Shown piece by piece: positions 9,146-19,201 of a DNA stretch of 27,956 bases. Both the position numbers and the translations under genes were made by a program. Under the pieces are notes generated by a model. It had not been told where the DNA came from. It ran no database searches and saw nothing but the letters and a program-made list of their open reading frames with translations. Origin of the DNA: Promethearchaeia archaeon (GTDB lineage: Archaea > Asgardarchaeota > Lokiarchaeia > Sigyniarchaeales > SOKP01); the NCBI GenBank assembly GCA_029856105.1, contig JAHQWH010000143.1:1-27956 (forward strand), in the 5' to 3' direction. Numbering within the stretch: position 1 is the first letter of the stretch; each line of letters opens with the position of its first letter.

Positions 9146-10963
9146 ATGGGACTCTATGCAGGAATGATGAACGAGGAACAGAAACGAGAATATTCCGATC
9201 GTGAACTACTGGTCAGGTATATTAGGAGAGTTGCACCGTTTAGGAAAAGCATAGTTCTAATCTCATTGTTAATCTTTATTACTACCATAGCTGAAACTGT
9301 AAATCCTCTTTTAATTGGAATTGCAATTGACGAACTTTCTAAAATTAACAGTAATCCTCTGATTGTATTGGAGGTAGGGGGGCTGTACTTTATTCTTTCT
9401 ATTCTACTTTGGATAATGTTTTTCTTACGGCGTAGAGAAATAGGAAAGTTTGTTCCCTTTTTTTTGGAAAAGCTCCGAATGAATACTTTTGATAAACTAC
9501 AAGAGCAAGACATGAGCTTTTTCGACAAGCATCTGAGCGGTAAACTAAATACCAGAGTATCTAACGATGCTTTAGATTTTGGGAATACTACGCTCCTATT
9601 AGCAGATACTCTCGGTAACTTTCTTATAAGTATATTGACCTTTGGAATGCTTCTATGGCTAAATCCGGCATTAGCTCTCATAACATTAATAGCTATTCCT
9701 TTCATCTTTTTATTAGTTCTGTCGCTTAGGCGGTTAGTTAGAATTGTTAGTAGAGCTTATAGAAAAGCAATTGGTAGTGTAAATGCTGCTATGGTTGAAT
9801 CAATAGAAGGGATACACGTATGTAAAAGTTATGGACAGGAATCTACTGTTTCAGAGCAATTTCAAGAAATTAACAAGCAATATTTTAAAGCAGGGTTTAG
9901 ATTAACGGCCGTAACTCATATGTGGAGGCCTCTACTGGAAACCATTGCTTCTATTATGCTCATTGTCATCATTTTTTTTGGAGGTCAATTTGTCTTTCAA
10001 GGTATAACTAATCCCGGAACAATTTTTATGTTTGTTCTTTATCTTCAGAAATTTTTCCGCCCTATAATGGTCCTCTCTGTATTTTTCCCTCAACTTAGCT
10101 CAGGAATGGCAGCATATGAGCGAATACTAGACATCCTTGATTCTGAACCAAATATAAGACAAAATCCAAACGCAATTGATATCGATACTTTAGAAGGAGA
10201 AATTATTTTCAAAGATGTCGACTTCTGCTATAGAGAAGGTGAATGGGTATTCAAAGGATTAAATCTGCACATAAAAAAGGGAGAAAAAATAGCTATTGTG
10301 GGCCACACAGGGGCTGGGAAAACTTCATTGATATCGCTTTTAGCTCGATATTATGAGTTTCAAGGGGGATCAATTGAAATTGATGGAATTGACATTAGGG
10401 ACATGTCTTTAAATTCTTATAGAAGAAAACTAGGGAATGTACAGCAAGAAGTTTTTTTGTTTTCAGGTACTATAGAAGAAAATATTCGATATGGCAGACA
10501 AGAAGCTTCAGAAGATGATCTCTGGAAGGCAATTAATACTGTGCACCTCGAAGAACTAATCGAATACCTACCGGAAGGGTTGCAAACACAGATCGGTGAG
10601 AGGGGAAAAGGACTTTCGGCAGGTCAACAGCAACTAGTTAGTTTTGCTCGAGCAATATTGACTGATCCGCGGATTCTAATTCTTGACGAAGCCACATCGA
10701 GCGTTGATGCGTATACTGAAGCAATTATTCAAGAAGCTCTTGAAGTTCTATTAGCAAATCGTACTTCGATTGTTATTGCACATAGGCTCTCAACAATCGT
10801 GAATGCTGATAGAATAATTGTGATGGATAAAGGGCAAATCGCTGAAGAGGGTACTCATAATACTTTACTCGAACAAGGAGGAAAATATGCCAAGCTGTAT
10901 AAACAATTTTTTGAGCATCAAAGTCTAGACTGGGTGCCAAATCAGGGGTCTTTTAAAATTTAA
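9146..10963 (+). CDS. ABC exporter, fused TMD-NBD, second heterodimer subunit
   Basis: GHTGAGKT, degenerate signature LSAGQQQL, ILDEATSSVD, IAHRL; TM287/288-like asymmetry with the upstream gene. Confidence 0.93.
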   Translation: MGLYAGMMNEEQKREYSDRELLVRYIRRVAPFRKSIVLISLLIFITTIAETVNPLLIGIAIDELSKINSNPLIVLEVGGLYFILSILLWIMFFLRRREIGKFVPFFLEKLRMNTFDKLQEQDMSFFDKHLSGKLNTRVSNDALDFGNTTLLLADTLGNFLISILTFGMLLWLNPALALITLIAIPFIFLLVLSLRRLVRIVSRAYRKAIGSVNAAMVESIEGIHVCKSYGQESTVSEQFQEINKQYFKAGFRLTAVTHMWRPLLETIASIMLIVIIFFGGQFVFQGITNPGTIFMFVLYLQKFFRPIMVLSVFFPQLSSGMAAYERILDILDSEPNIRQNPNAIDIDTLEGEIIFKDVDFCYREGEWVFKGLNLHIKKGEKIAIVGHTGAGKTSLISLLARYYEFQGGSIEIDGIDIRDMSLNSYRRKLGNVQQEVFLFSGTIEENIRYGRQEASEDDLWKAINTVHLEELIEYLPEGLQTQIGERGKGLSAGQQQLVSFARAILTDPRILILDEATSSVDAYTEAIIQEALEVLLANRTSIVIAHRLSTIVNADRIIVMDKGQIAEEGTHNTLLEQGGKYAKLYKQFFEHQSLDWVPNQGSFKI

Positions 10964-10986
10964 AGATTTAAAATTAATTGAGTATT

Positions 10987-13026
10987 TTATAAAGAAATCT
11001 GTGTAGTGAGTAAATCTTCATTTTTTGATGAAGCTCCAATGTAAATGGTATATTCGATTCTCTCGACTTCCCATACTCTATTATCAGGATTATACCATGC
11101 AAAATCTTTTTTCCTCACATCAATGGATACAGTTTTTGTTTCTTTAGGTTTTAAGGCAACTCTCTTAAATCCACGTAACAGTTTTAGGGGCCGATCAACG
11201 CTAGATTTCTCAAACCCTACATATAATTGTACAATCTCTTCACCTGCAATAGCTCCAATGTTCGAAATATCCACGCTAACAATAATTTTCTCTTCAGTTG
11301 ATTCTACTCGGATATTTTTGTATGAGTATTCAGTATAACTCAACCCAAATCCAAAAGGAAATGCTGGTTCTCGGCGTTCCTTTTCCATCAAAGTATATCC
11401 GTGATAATAACCGTATTCAATCTCGTCAACATATATGTCAAAGAATGGTAAATGAGCGGGATCTGTAGGGATTGTAAGAGGTAATTTTCCGCTTGGGTTA
11501 ACTGCTCCAAAAAGGATGTCAGCTAGAGCGTTTCCTCCTTCCATACCTGAATACCAAGCCATTAAAATAGCGGGGACTCTTGTTCTCCATTCTTCCATGA
11601 GAATAGCGCTCCCCCCAATAAGTACAACTACGCATTTTTGATTAACTTGTGAAACTGCATTAATTAATTTAATTTCTTTCTCTCTTAGACCAAGATTAAT
11701 GCGATCTCCTAATCCCTTTGAAATAATTGGAATATATTCGCCCTCATCCTTATAGGTGTAACCAACCATTAATACTACCGCATCTACGCTTTGAGCAATC
11801 TGTTGAGCAACTTCAAGATCGCTACCATCGTTATGTATTATTTTTACTTTATCACCGAATCTATTTTCTAAACCGTGTAAAGGCGTCACAATATTATTTT
11901 GGCGCACGTGACTGCTTCCGTGATCACCCGTATTTTTTAAATCGGCTAATGGACCAATTACTGCTAAAGTATCAACTTCTTTAGAAGTAAAAGGTAATAT
12001 TTTATCTTTATTTTTAAGCAAGACCATGCTCTTCTCTGCAACTTTGCGAGCTAAAAGAACATGATCATCGCAACCGATTAAAGTAGGATCGTAATTTTGA
12101 GAGTCTTCTTTAGTAGTAAATCTTAACACTGTGCGGATTATTCGCTTTGCGGATTCTTCTATTAATTTTAAAGGAACTTTTCCTTGTTTCACTGCTTTTT
12201 CTAGTTTTCTTCCGTAATATTTTGCACGGGGCATTTCAACATCTAAGCCTCCCATGACTCCACCAATGGTATCGTGGACTCCATTCATCCAATCCGAATG
12301 CACAAAACCTTCAAACCCCCATTCACCTTTTAGTATATCTCTTAACAAAGGAGCATTATGACCACAGTACTCGCCGCGAACTTTATTATACGCTGACATG
12401 ACTGTAGCACAATTTTCCTCGATACAACGCTTAAAATGAGGAAGATAGACTTCTCGTAATGTTCGTTCGTCTAATTGTACATCAACTTTAAATCGCGAAT
12501 GTTCTATGCTATTAACAATATAGTGTTTAACTGTGGCCATAACATTATGTTTTTGTACGCCACGTATCAAAGCAGCCCCAAATTCACCAAGATGAAAGGG
12601 ATCTTCGCCGTATGTTTCTTGAGCTCGACCCCACGCGGGATGTCGCAAAAGATTTACACATACACCTCCAAAAAGATTTCCTCCATGAGCACGTGCTTCT
12701 TTACCGATAACTTCACCCACCTCTTCTTCGAGTTTAATATCCCACGAAGCCCCTCGGGCCATGGATACAGGGAAACAAGTAGAGCCGGGCATCATTACAC
12801 CCCTCGGACCATCTGTAAATAAGAATGGAGGTATACCTAATCGTTTAACGCCCCCACCTGGATAAGCACGCACGCCGAACTTTCGATCTTTTAGCAACAA
12901 CATAAAGAAATGTTTCCCCGACATTATATCAACCTTTTCTTTTAATGTCATTTCGGTTAAAGCATAATCTGCATATTCGTCTATTTCTCTATCTGACATT
13001 CCTTTTTTGATTTTATATTTTATCAT
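10987..13026 (-). CDS. Glycoside hydrolase family 3 beta-glucosidase-like enzyme with C-terminal Fn3-like domain
   Basis: TDGPRG, WGRAQETYGEDP, VKHY, SDW nucleophile, FPFGFGLSYT, GEEIVQLY, LRGFKRV. Confidence 0.95.
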   Translation of the reverse strand: MIKYKIKKGMSDREIDEYADYALTEMTLKEKVDIMSGKHFFMLLLKDRKFGVRAYPGGGVKRLGIPPFLFTDGPRGVMMPGSTCFPVSMARGASWDIKLEEEVGEVIGKEARAHGGNLFGGVCVNLLRHPAWGRAQETYGEDPFHLGEFGAALIRGVQKHNVMATVKHYIVNSIEHSRFKVDVQLDERTLREVYLPHFKRCIEENCATVMSAYNKVRGEYCGHNAPLLRDILKGEWGFEGFVHSDWMNGVHDTIGGVMGGLDVEMPRAKYYGRKLEKAVKQGKVPLKLIEESAKRIIRTVLRFTTKEDSQNYDPTLIGCDDHVLLARKVAEKSMVLLKNKDKILPFTSKEVDTLAVIGPLADLKNTGDHGSSHVRQNNIVTPLHGLENRFGDKVKIIHNDGSDLEVAQQIAQSVDAVVLMVGYTYKDEGEYIPIISKGLGDRINLGLREKEIKLINAVSQVNQKCVVVLIGGSAILMEEWRTRVPAILMAWYSGMEGGNALADILFGAVNPSGKLPLTIPTDPAHLPFFDIYVDEIEYGYYHGYTLMEKERREPAFPFGFGLSYTEYSYKNIRVESTEEKIIVSVDISNIGAIAGEEIVQLYVGFEKSSVDRPLKLLRGFKRVALKPKETKTVSIDVRKKDFAWYNPDNRVWEVERIEYTIYIGASSKNEDLLTTQISL

Positions 13027-13169
13027 TATGAACTCACGTTAATAAAAAATATCCCATAGTTCAAAATCAAATTTACTTCTTAAAATTTGGCATTAAAATA
13101 ACAGAAAATATTAGGAATTTTTATTTAATATTCTATTTTTTATGAAAATAAATATATTTTAAAAATAAT

Positions 13170-14432
13170 TTGTTGATAAAAATGATTGATAATAATTACA
13201 TGTATAAATTTATAGAAGATATTTGTAACGAGGTAGGGCCCCGAGAATCAGGGACTGAACAAGAAGTCTTAGCAGGTAATAGAGTAGAATCGGAATTGAA
13301 AAAGTTTTGCGACAAAACACATCAAGAGAAATATAAGAGTAGTCCTCATGCCTTTCTTGGAGGTATTAAATATGGTGCAATATTGGTCTTCATTGCTGGA
13401 GTCTTTTATTGGTTAACGTTGTTAATAGATATTAATGTAATTTCGTTAAATTCATCCATGAGTACGATCTTCTTATTAATAGCAATAATTCTTATCGTGA
13501 TAACAATTAGTTATTTCATTTTAGAAGTGATGAAATACCACGAAATCTTTGACTTTCTCTTTCCTAAACGGGAATCACAAAATGTTATAGGTACAATCAA
13601 TCCAAAAAACGAAGTGAAAAATACAATAATTTTTTCTGCACATCACGATTCTGCTTTTGAATTTAACACTTTTTACTATTTAAAGCGGTTCGGTCAAATG
13701 ATAATCAATATTGGATATTTAGCAGTTGGAATAGTGTTCATCGCGATAATTTTAAAATTAATATTTTTCCTTTTATCAATTGAGCAACCAATTCTCTTTT
13801 TAGTTTTTGGCATTATCTTTATATTTTTCGTTCCAATTATACTAGTTTACGTTTTTTTCCACAGCTCAAAGCCTGTCCTCGGTGCGTTCGATAATTTGTC
13901 CGGAGTCGCTATTGTGTTAGGGATTGGAAAATATTTATCTGAAAACAAGGATAACAGCGAGGTATTCCCTAAACATACAAGGATTCAATTAATTTCGTTT
14001 GCTGGAGAAGAATCAGGTTTAAGAGGCGCAAAACGATATGTAAAAAAGCATTATGACGAATTACTATCAAATGGAACTACTGTTGTGAACATGGATAGCA
14101 TTGCTAAAAGAGATATTATCGTAATACATGATAGAGAACCGGGTATAGGTGCTAAACATAATCCCGTTGTATTTGAACCTCTTTTAGGAATCGCCAAAAA
14201 GGTGAATTTAAAAGTAAAATTAATGCCATTGCCTTTCGGTGCAACTGACGCAGCAGCCTTTAGTAAGAAAAATATTCCCGCTACAACCATTGGGGGTTTA
14301 AATTTAAAAGAAGAATTACCGCCTTACTATCATACAAGAAAGGACACGCCAGCAGTAATAGAAAAAGAAGCTTTAGGACAAATTGTACAAATTTGCCTTG
14401 ATTACTTAAAACTAATAGATAATCGAAGATAA
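13170..14432 (+). CDS. M28-family metallopeptidase with inserted transmembrane helices
   Basis: SAHHDS, GAFDNLSG, GEESGLRG, NMD, TDAAAF, YYHTRKDT. Confidence 0.88.
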   Translation: MLIKMIDNNYMYKFIEDICNEVGPRESGTEQEVLAGNRVESELKKFCDKTHQEKYKSSPHAFLGGIKYGAILVFIAGVFYWLTLLIDINVISLNSSMSTIFLLIAIILIVITISYFILEVMKYHEIFDFLFPKRESQNVIGTINPKNEVKNTIIFSAHHDSAFEFNTFYYLKRFGQMIINIGYLAVGIVFIAIILKLIFFLLSIEQPILFLVFGIIFIFFVPIILVYVFFHSSKPVLGAFDNLSGVAIVLGIGKYLSENKDNSEVFPKHTRIQLISFAGEESGLRGAKRYVKKHYDELLSNGTTVVNMDSIAKRDIIVIHDREPGIGAKHNPVVFEPLLGIAKKVNLKVKLMPLPFGATDAAAFSKKNIPATTIGGLNLKEELPPYYHTRKDTPAVIEKEALGQIVQICLDYLKLIDNRR

Positions 14433-14469
14433 AAGATAATCTCTATTATTTATCTTCAAATTTCCATTT

Positions 14470-14874
14470 TTAATAGAGAAAAATTATTTTGCGAATATAC
14501 ACTTCTATTTTTTCTAATATTATGTTAAAATTGGATTCATAATTAATATCAAAAACTAAAAATGTTTTCTCGTCGCATTCAATAATAACAATTGTCTGTC
14601 CTTCTAACTCCGCAATAATTTTGTTTACTTTTCTATCTCCCATTGTGCGACCAAGATCTGTAGCACTTTCTAAGACCGAAGCGCACATCGAAGTGAAGTT
14701 GTTAAAATCAGTGTCTTCTTTAAAATCTTTAGCGATAAGTCCACCGTTGCGATATGCGAATAAAACACCTAATAAATTGCCTTTATTCTTTAATTCACTC
14801 AAGATTTGGTTTAATTTTTCAATTTTTTGAGGTTTTGGAAGTTCTATCTCATTCATCGTTATAATAATACTCAA
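14470..14874 (-). CDS. Roadblock/LC7 domain protein (likely start ATG 14856)
   Basis: ILSELK..GVLFAYRNGGLIA...FTSMCASVLESATDLG pattern; ~130 aa. Confidence 0.75.
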   Translation of the reverse strand: MSIIITMNEIELPKPQKIEKLNQILSELKNKGNLLGVLFAYRNGGLIAKDFKEDTDFNNFTSMCASVLESATDLGRTMGDRKVNKIIAELEGQTIVIIECDEKTFLVFDINYESNFNIILEKIEVYIRKIIFLY

Positions 14875-14897
14875 TTTTCAATAAATAATTTATATTA

Positions 14898-16328
14898 ATG
14901 AGACTTAAAATTTTAATATATATGAATAATCAAAGCTCTGAAATCGAGGAAATAATCCGTAATACTAATAAAAAGTTTATTGAAGAAGATTTAACGAATT
15001 TTCTAAAAATTTCAAGTTTTACTTTAAATAAAGAAGCAATAATGGAAGCAAAAGAATTTATCATTTCATATATTTCTGATTTTTGCGAAGATATTAAAGA
15101 GATCGAAGGGGAAATAAATCCTTTATTGTTAGCTAAGGTCAAAGGAAAAATTGAGGATTCTTTATTAATTTACATGATGTACGATACGCAACCTGTAAAT
15201 AAAGAAAATAAATGGATTAGAAATCCTTTTGATGCTGAAGTAACGCAATTATCCAAACCCTTGGATGGATTAGGTAATTGTTTAATTGCCAGAGGTGCTT
15301 ATAATTCAAAGACGCCTTTGTTATGCTTCCTAAACGTAGTAAAGATATTAAAAGAAGAAAAAAAGCTTCCAATTTCTCTACTATTACTATTCGATGGGGA
15401 AGAAGAATTAGGTTCGCCTACATTGTTAAAATTACTTGAAAATAGAAAAGATTTATTTAACTCTTGTTTAGGTGCATATTACCCTTCAATGAAACAAGAT
15501 TTAAGCGGTAATTCGGTTCTAAAGCTTGGTTATAAAGGTATTTTGTCGCTAACCGTAAAAGTCACATCTACAAATGAGGAAACCCATTCTGCCTTTAGTT
15601 CGATGGTACCTAATCCTGCACTTGATTTGATTTCTTTACTTAGTACCATTTATTCAAAGGACAAATTTAAAATTAATTCTTTACGCAATCCCTACCACAT
15701 GACCTCTGACGAGCAATCCATGGTTAAAGATTTAATGAAAAAAATCGATCTTGAGAATATTAAGAATAAAGCCGGAATTACGCAAACCTTAGAAGATGAT
15801 ACAAAAAAATCTTTTGTTAACTACTTATTCAATCCAACTTTTAATATATCCACCCTAAAATCGGGTTACTTAGAAGATGGGGTAAAAAACATGGTTGCAA
15901 ACAACGCAGAATGTAACATCGATATAAGGTTTGCCCACAACGTTTCTACTAACGATGTATTTAAAGAAATTAGAAAAATTGTAATTGATTTAGCAAAGTA
16001 TTCAAAATCTAAAATTGAATTAATTAAAAATATTGGTTACGAGCGCTCTAAAGTTAAACTCGATTCAATTTTAGTAAAAAGCCTTATAAAAAGTTTTGAT
16101 ATGTTAGGCATATCAACCCATATTTGGCCAATTAGTGCCGCTGCTGCTCCATTAAGCAAGATACAGAAGGATTTAGGGATAGATTTTGTCGTTGGTGGTT
16201 TAGGAATTGGAGGTTTTGCTCACGCCCCAAATGAATTTATCCAAATAAACTCAATTGTTAATACAAAACTTTCAAATTATTTATTTTTACAAAACTATGC
16301 AGTGTTGTATAATAAAGAAATCAATTAA
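14898..16328 (+). CDS. M20-family metallopeptidase/deacylase (likely start ATG 14922)
   Basis: MYDTQP, ARGAYNSK, GEEELGSP, LGYKG, AHAPNEFI; overlaps the convergent gene by 4 bp. Confidence 0.88.
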   Translation: MRLKILIYMNNQSSEIEEIIRNTNKKFIEEDLTNFLKISSFTLNKEAIMEAKEFIISYISDFCEDIKEIEGEINPLLLAKVKGKIEDSLLIYMMYDTQPVNKENKWIRNPFDAEVTQLSKPLDGLGNCLIARGAYNSKTPLLCFLNVVKILKEEKKLPISLLLLFDGEEELGSPTLLKLLENRKDLFNSCLGAYYPSMKQDLSGNSVLKLGYKGILSLTVKVTSTNEETHSAFSSMVPNPALDLISLLSTIYSKDKFKINSLRNPYHMTSDEQSMVKDLMKKIDLENIKNKAGITQTLEDDTKKSFVNYLFNPTFNISTLKSGYLEDGVKNMVANNAECNIDIRFAHNVSTNDVFKEIRKIVIDLAKYSKSKIELIKNIGYERSKVKLDSILVKSLIKSFDMLGISTHIWPISAAAAPLSKIQKDLGIDFVVGGLGIGGFAHAPNEFIQINSIVNTKLSNYLFLQNYAVLYNKEIN

Positions 16329-17488
16329 TACGAATGAAACAACCCACCAAATCCTCTACGCTTAGTTTTAATTGCTTGTTGAGGACACAATTCCATACAA
16401 CAAAGACAAGAGATACATTCTTTTCTCAAAAACTTGGGATACTCTCCGCTTTTAAAATCTATGGCGTTTGCAGGGCACACGTCGAAACATTGACCACATT
16501 GTACGCATATTTTTTTCTTTAAAATAGGAATTTTTTTAGTTACCTTGTAAACTATGTTCCTAGTGATAAAGCTTCCGAATCGCGTCATAGTTTTTCCAGG
16601 GACTTTAAATTTTGGAGCTAAATTTCTAGCTTTTTCTAAGGATAGTCCTAAAATTTCTATATCATCCAGATTTCCTATACCTAAACCTCTCTCGTAAGCA
16701 TTCTTTAAATGAGGAACATGTTTAAGACCTTTAAATTTTCCTATTTCTAGAGCAATAACATCTAACGCTAACTCATCTGTCCCAACTAAAATTAAATCCC
16801 ATCTCTTCATAGGTCCTGACACAGGACCCATTGTCCCTTGCATAACTCTGTGCAGATCATAAATAACTAAACGATTTGGTTTATTTTTGACAACCCAAGA
16901 AAAGTTGTCTGCTAAAGCTTCTCCAAATTGCTCTGGGTTTCTACCTAATAGATGGTATTTAGCTTTTAACCCTCCTGGAATTATCCCCCAATAATTTTTT
17001 ATAGCTCCCGTTATGGTGGCTTCTCCGTGAGTTTTTAACTTAGGTAAGTTTATTAATAAATCACATTCATTTACAGGATTTGATACGTAATAATCTTTTA
17101 ATCTTAATGCTCCTTCGATAACATCGTGAACGGGGGTATCATGCTCAAAATTAATAAATTTTATGCTTGCTTTTTCGCAAACCTCAAGTAAACTTATTTT
17201 TTTAGCAATTTGTTCTGCAGAAATTTTTATTTGTCCGGGAGAATCTCCTATACTAACGTTCTCCATTGCCACTCCAATTTCTTTTAGATATTTTAACACG
17301 CCTTCTACGAAAATGGGCTGAGTACAAGCATCTTTAGTCGCTCTCAATAGGTTAGGTTTTAATAGAATGTTCTTACAATTAAGAATGTCGAAATGAAAAT
17401 CTTTTTCAATCATCTTTATAGCTGCTACTATAGCATCTGGGATGCTTTCGTAATCGTTTATGTTTATTATGCTTACTTTCGTTGACAT
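16325..17488 (-). CDS. DUF362 domain protein with C-terminal 2x[4Fe-4S] ferredoxin domain
   Basis: LLKPNL, INLPKLKTH, GAIKNYWG; CVQCGQCFDVCP and CISCLCCMELCP. Confidence 0.92.
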   Translation of the reverse strand: MSTKVSIININDYESIPDAIVAAIKMIEKDFHFDILNCKNILLKPNLLRATKDACTQPIFVEGVLKYLKEIGVAMENVSIGDSPGQIKISAEQIAKKISLLEVCEKASIKFINFEHDTPVHDVIEGALRLKDYYVSNPVNECDLLINLPKLKTHGEATITGAIKNYWGIIPGGLKAKYHLLGRNPEQFGEALADNFSWVVKNKPNRLVIYDLHRVMQGTMGPVSGPMKRWDLILVGTDELALDVIALEIGKFKGLKHVPHLKNAYERGLGIGNLDDIEILGLSLEKARNLAPKFKVPGKTMTRFGSFITRNIVYKVTKKIPILKKKICVQCGQCFDVCPANAIDFKSGEYPKFLRKECISCLCCMELCPQQAIKTKRRGFGGLFHSY

Positions 17489-17753
17489 AATATCCCCTAT
17501 ATTTAATAATTAACTACAAAATTAAAATATAACTTATGATTGAAAAAAGCTGTAATTACAGAAAACAAAAAACAATAAATCTTTTTATTTTAGTAAAATA
17601 TGTATCGGAAACAAATAATTTTTAAAAAGAAACTTTTATTATTATTATAATTTAGACTTTTAACTTTTAAAAAACTGTAAAAATAAAATAGAATGGTAAA
17701 TCTTGTTTATTTTTACATCAAGTATGTATTAAAACGACCAAAATCAAGCGAGT

Positions 17754-18308
17754 GTGTGGAGAAGAATGGTTGAAAGCGACTTATTGTTTAAAATTTGTCT
17801 TTTTGGAGACGGTGGGGTGGGTAAAACTACTTTAATAGGTAGGTATATTACCGGAGTGTTCAAAAGTAATCAAACAATTACTATTGGAGTTGATTTCCAT
17901 GTTAAAAAGCTAGAAGTAGAAGGCAAGAAAGTTTCTCTTCAAATATGGGATTTTGCTGGCGAGAATCGCTTCAGATTTCTTTTGCCAAGTTATGTAGTTG
18001 GTGCTTCTGGTGGAATATTTATGTACGATATCACAAGATTTAGTAGTTTGAAAAATTTTCCCGATTGGATCGAAATTTTTAAAAAAGGGTTCATTGGAGC
18101 CCAAGATAAGCAGTTACCTGTAATTATGGCGGGCAGTAAATTAGACTTAAACTATAAGCGAGCCGTTTCTAGCAAAGAAGCTTTTGATATGGCGAAAAGG
18201 AATAATCTTTACGGTTACATTGAATGTTCTTCTAAGGATGGAAGAAATGTGGAAGATATTTTTTATGAGATTACTAAATTAATGATGCACAGAGCGGATA
18301 TAATTTAG
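17754..18308 (+). CDS. Rab-like small GTPase (Asgard eukaryotic signature protein; likely start ATG 17766)
   Basis: G1 GDGGVGKT, TIGVDF, QIWDFAGE.RFR, G4-like GSKLD, G5 CSSK; no C-terminal prenylation cysteines. Confidence 0.92.
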   Translation: MWRRMVESDLLFKICLFGDGGVGKTTLIGRYITGVFKSNQTITIGVDFHVKKLEVEGKKVSLQIWDFAGENRFRFLLPSYVVGASGGIFMYDITRFSSLKNFPDWIEIFKKGFIGAQDKQLPVIMAGSKLDLNYKRAVSSKEAFDMAKRNNLYGYIECSSKDGRNVEDIFYEITKLMMHRADII

Positions 18309-18313
18309 GCTCC

Positions 18314-19159
18314 TCATTCTCTAAAAATTCCTAAAAGGGATTTTATAACTAAATTAGGAATTAAATTCTTATCAATAAGTTGAGAGCGAATCGCTTTTTC
18401 TTGAATTTTTTTAACCTCGAGTTCAGTCGTGACCCCTGTTAATACGAGTACAGTATTAATTCCGGCTCGATTTCCCGCTAAAATGTCTGTGTTTAAACGG
18501 TCTCCGAATATCACTGATTTATCTGGTGATACATTCGTATGGTTTAATATCATTTGAATCCCATAAGGATTGGGTTTACCAAAAATTTTTAGAGGTTTTA
18601 TGTTAGTACATGTTTCTACTGCGTTCACCATCACTCCTGCTCCAGGAAGAAATCCACTCGCAGCTGGTAATGTTGAATCGGAATTTGTAGCGTAGAATTG
18701 AGCCTTACCTTGTAAAATACAATTCTGAGCGAACGCTAGTTTTTTGTAGTTGAATTCTCCATCTAAACCCACGATTACAAAATCAACCTTTTTATAGTTT
18801 GAAGAAAGGTTGACAATGGTATGACCTTTTGCTGTTAATTCATCCTTTAAACCAATTTCACCGATGACAAAAATAGTTGCATTTTGCTTTAGATTTGAAA
18901 TTTCTTCCGATGTAATCGAAGCGCTAGTATAAAAATCAGACGCTTTACTTTTTATATTTAAACCCTTTAAACGATCGACATACATCTGTCTTGTAATAGT
19001 AGAATTATTGGAATTATAAACGACTTTAATCGAAATGTCTTTTAATTCTTGGATCACTTTATCGCTGTTAGAAATTAATATATCTCCCCGGTAAATTACT
19101 CCGTCTAAGTCAAAAATCGCTAGTTCGATATTTTTTAATTCGTCAACTAATTCTCGCAT
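18314..19159 (-). CDS. HAD-IIA (NagD-like) phosphatase
   Basis: DLDGVIY, NNST, ATNSD, GKPNP, GDRLNTDI, VLTGVT. Confidence 0.92.
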   Translation of the reverse strand: MRELVDELKNIELAIFDLDGVIYRGDILISNSDKVIQELKDISIKVVYNSNNSTITRQMYVDRLKGLNIKSKASDFYTSASITSEEISNLKQNATIFVIGEIGLKDELTAKGHTIVNLSSNYKKVDFVIVGLDGEFNYKKLAFAQNCILQGKAQFYATNSDSTLPAASGFLPGAGVMVNAVETCTNIKPLKIFGKPNPYGIQMILNHTNVSPDKSVIFGDRLNTDILAGNRAGINTVLVLTGVTTELEVKKIQEKAIRSQLIDKNLIPNLVIKSLLGIFRE

Positions 19160-19201
19160 GAATAAATTTAATAAGATTATAATTTTTATATGTTTTACTT
19201 T

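Noticed and set aside
7903-12822. Antisense ORFs overlapping the ABC and GH3 genes (7903-8316, 9154-9705, 11045-11338, 11727-11984, 12475-12822)
   Set aside because: They are shadow ORFs of well-supported genes and have no recognisable motifs.
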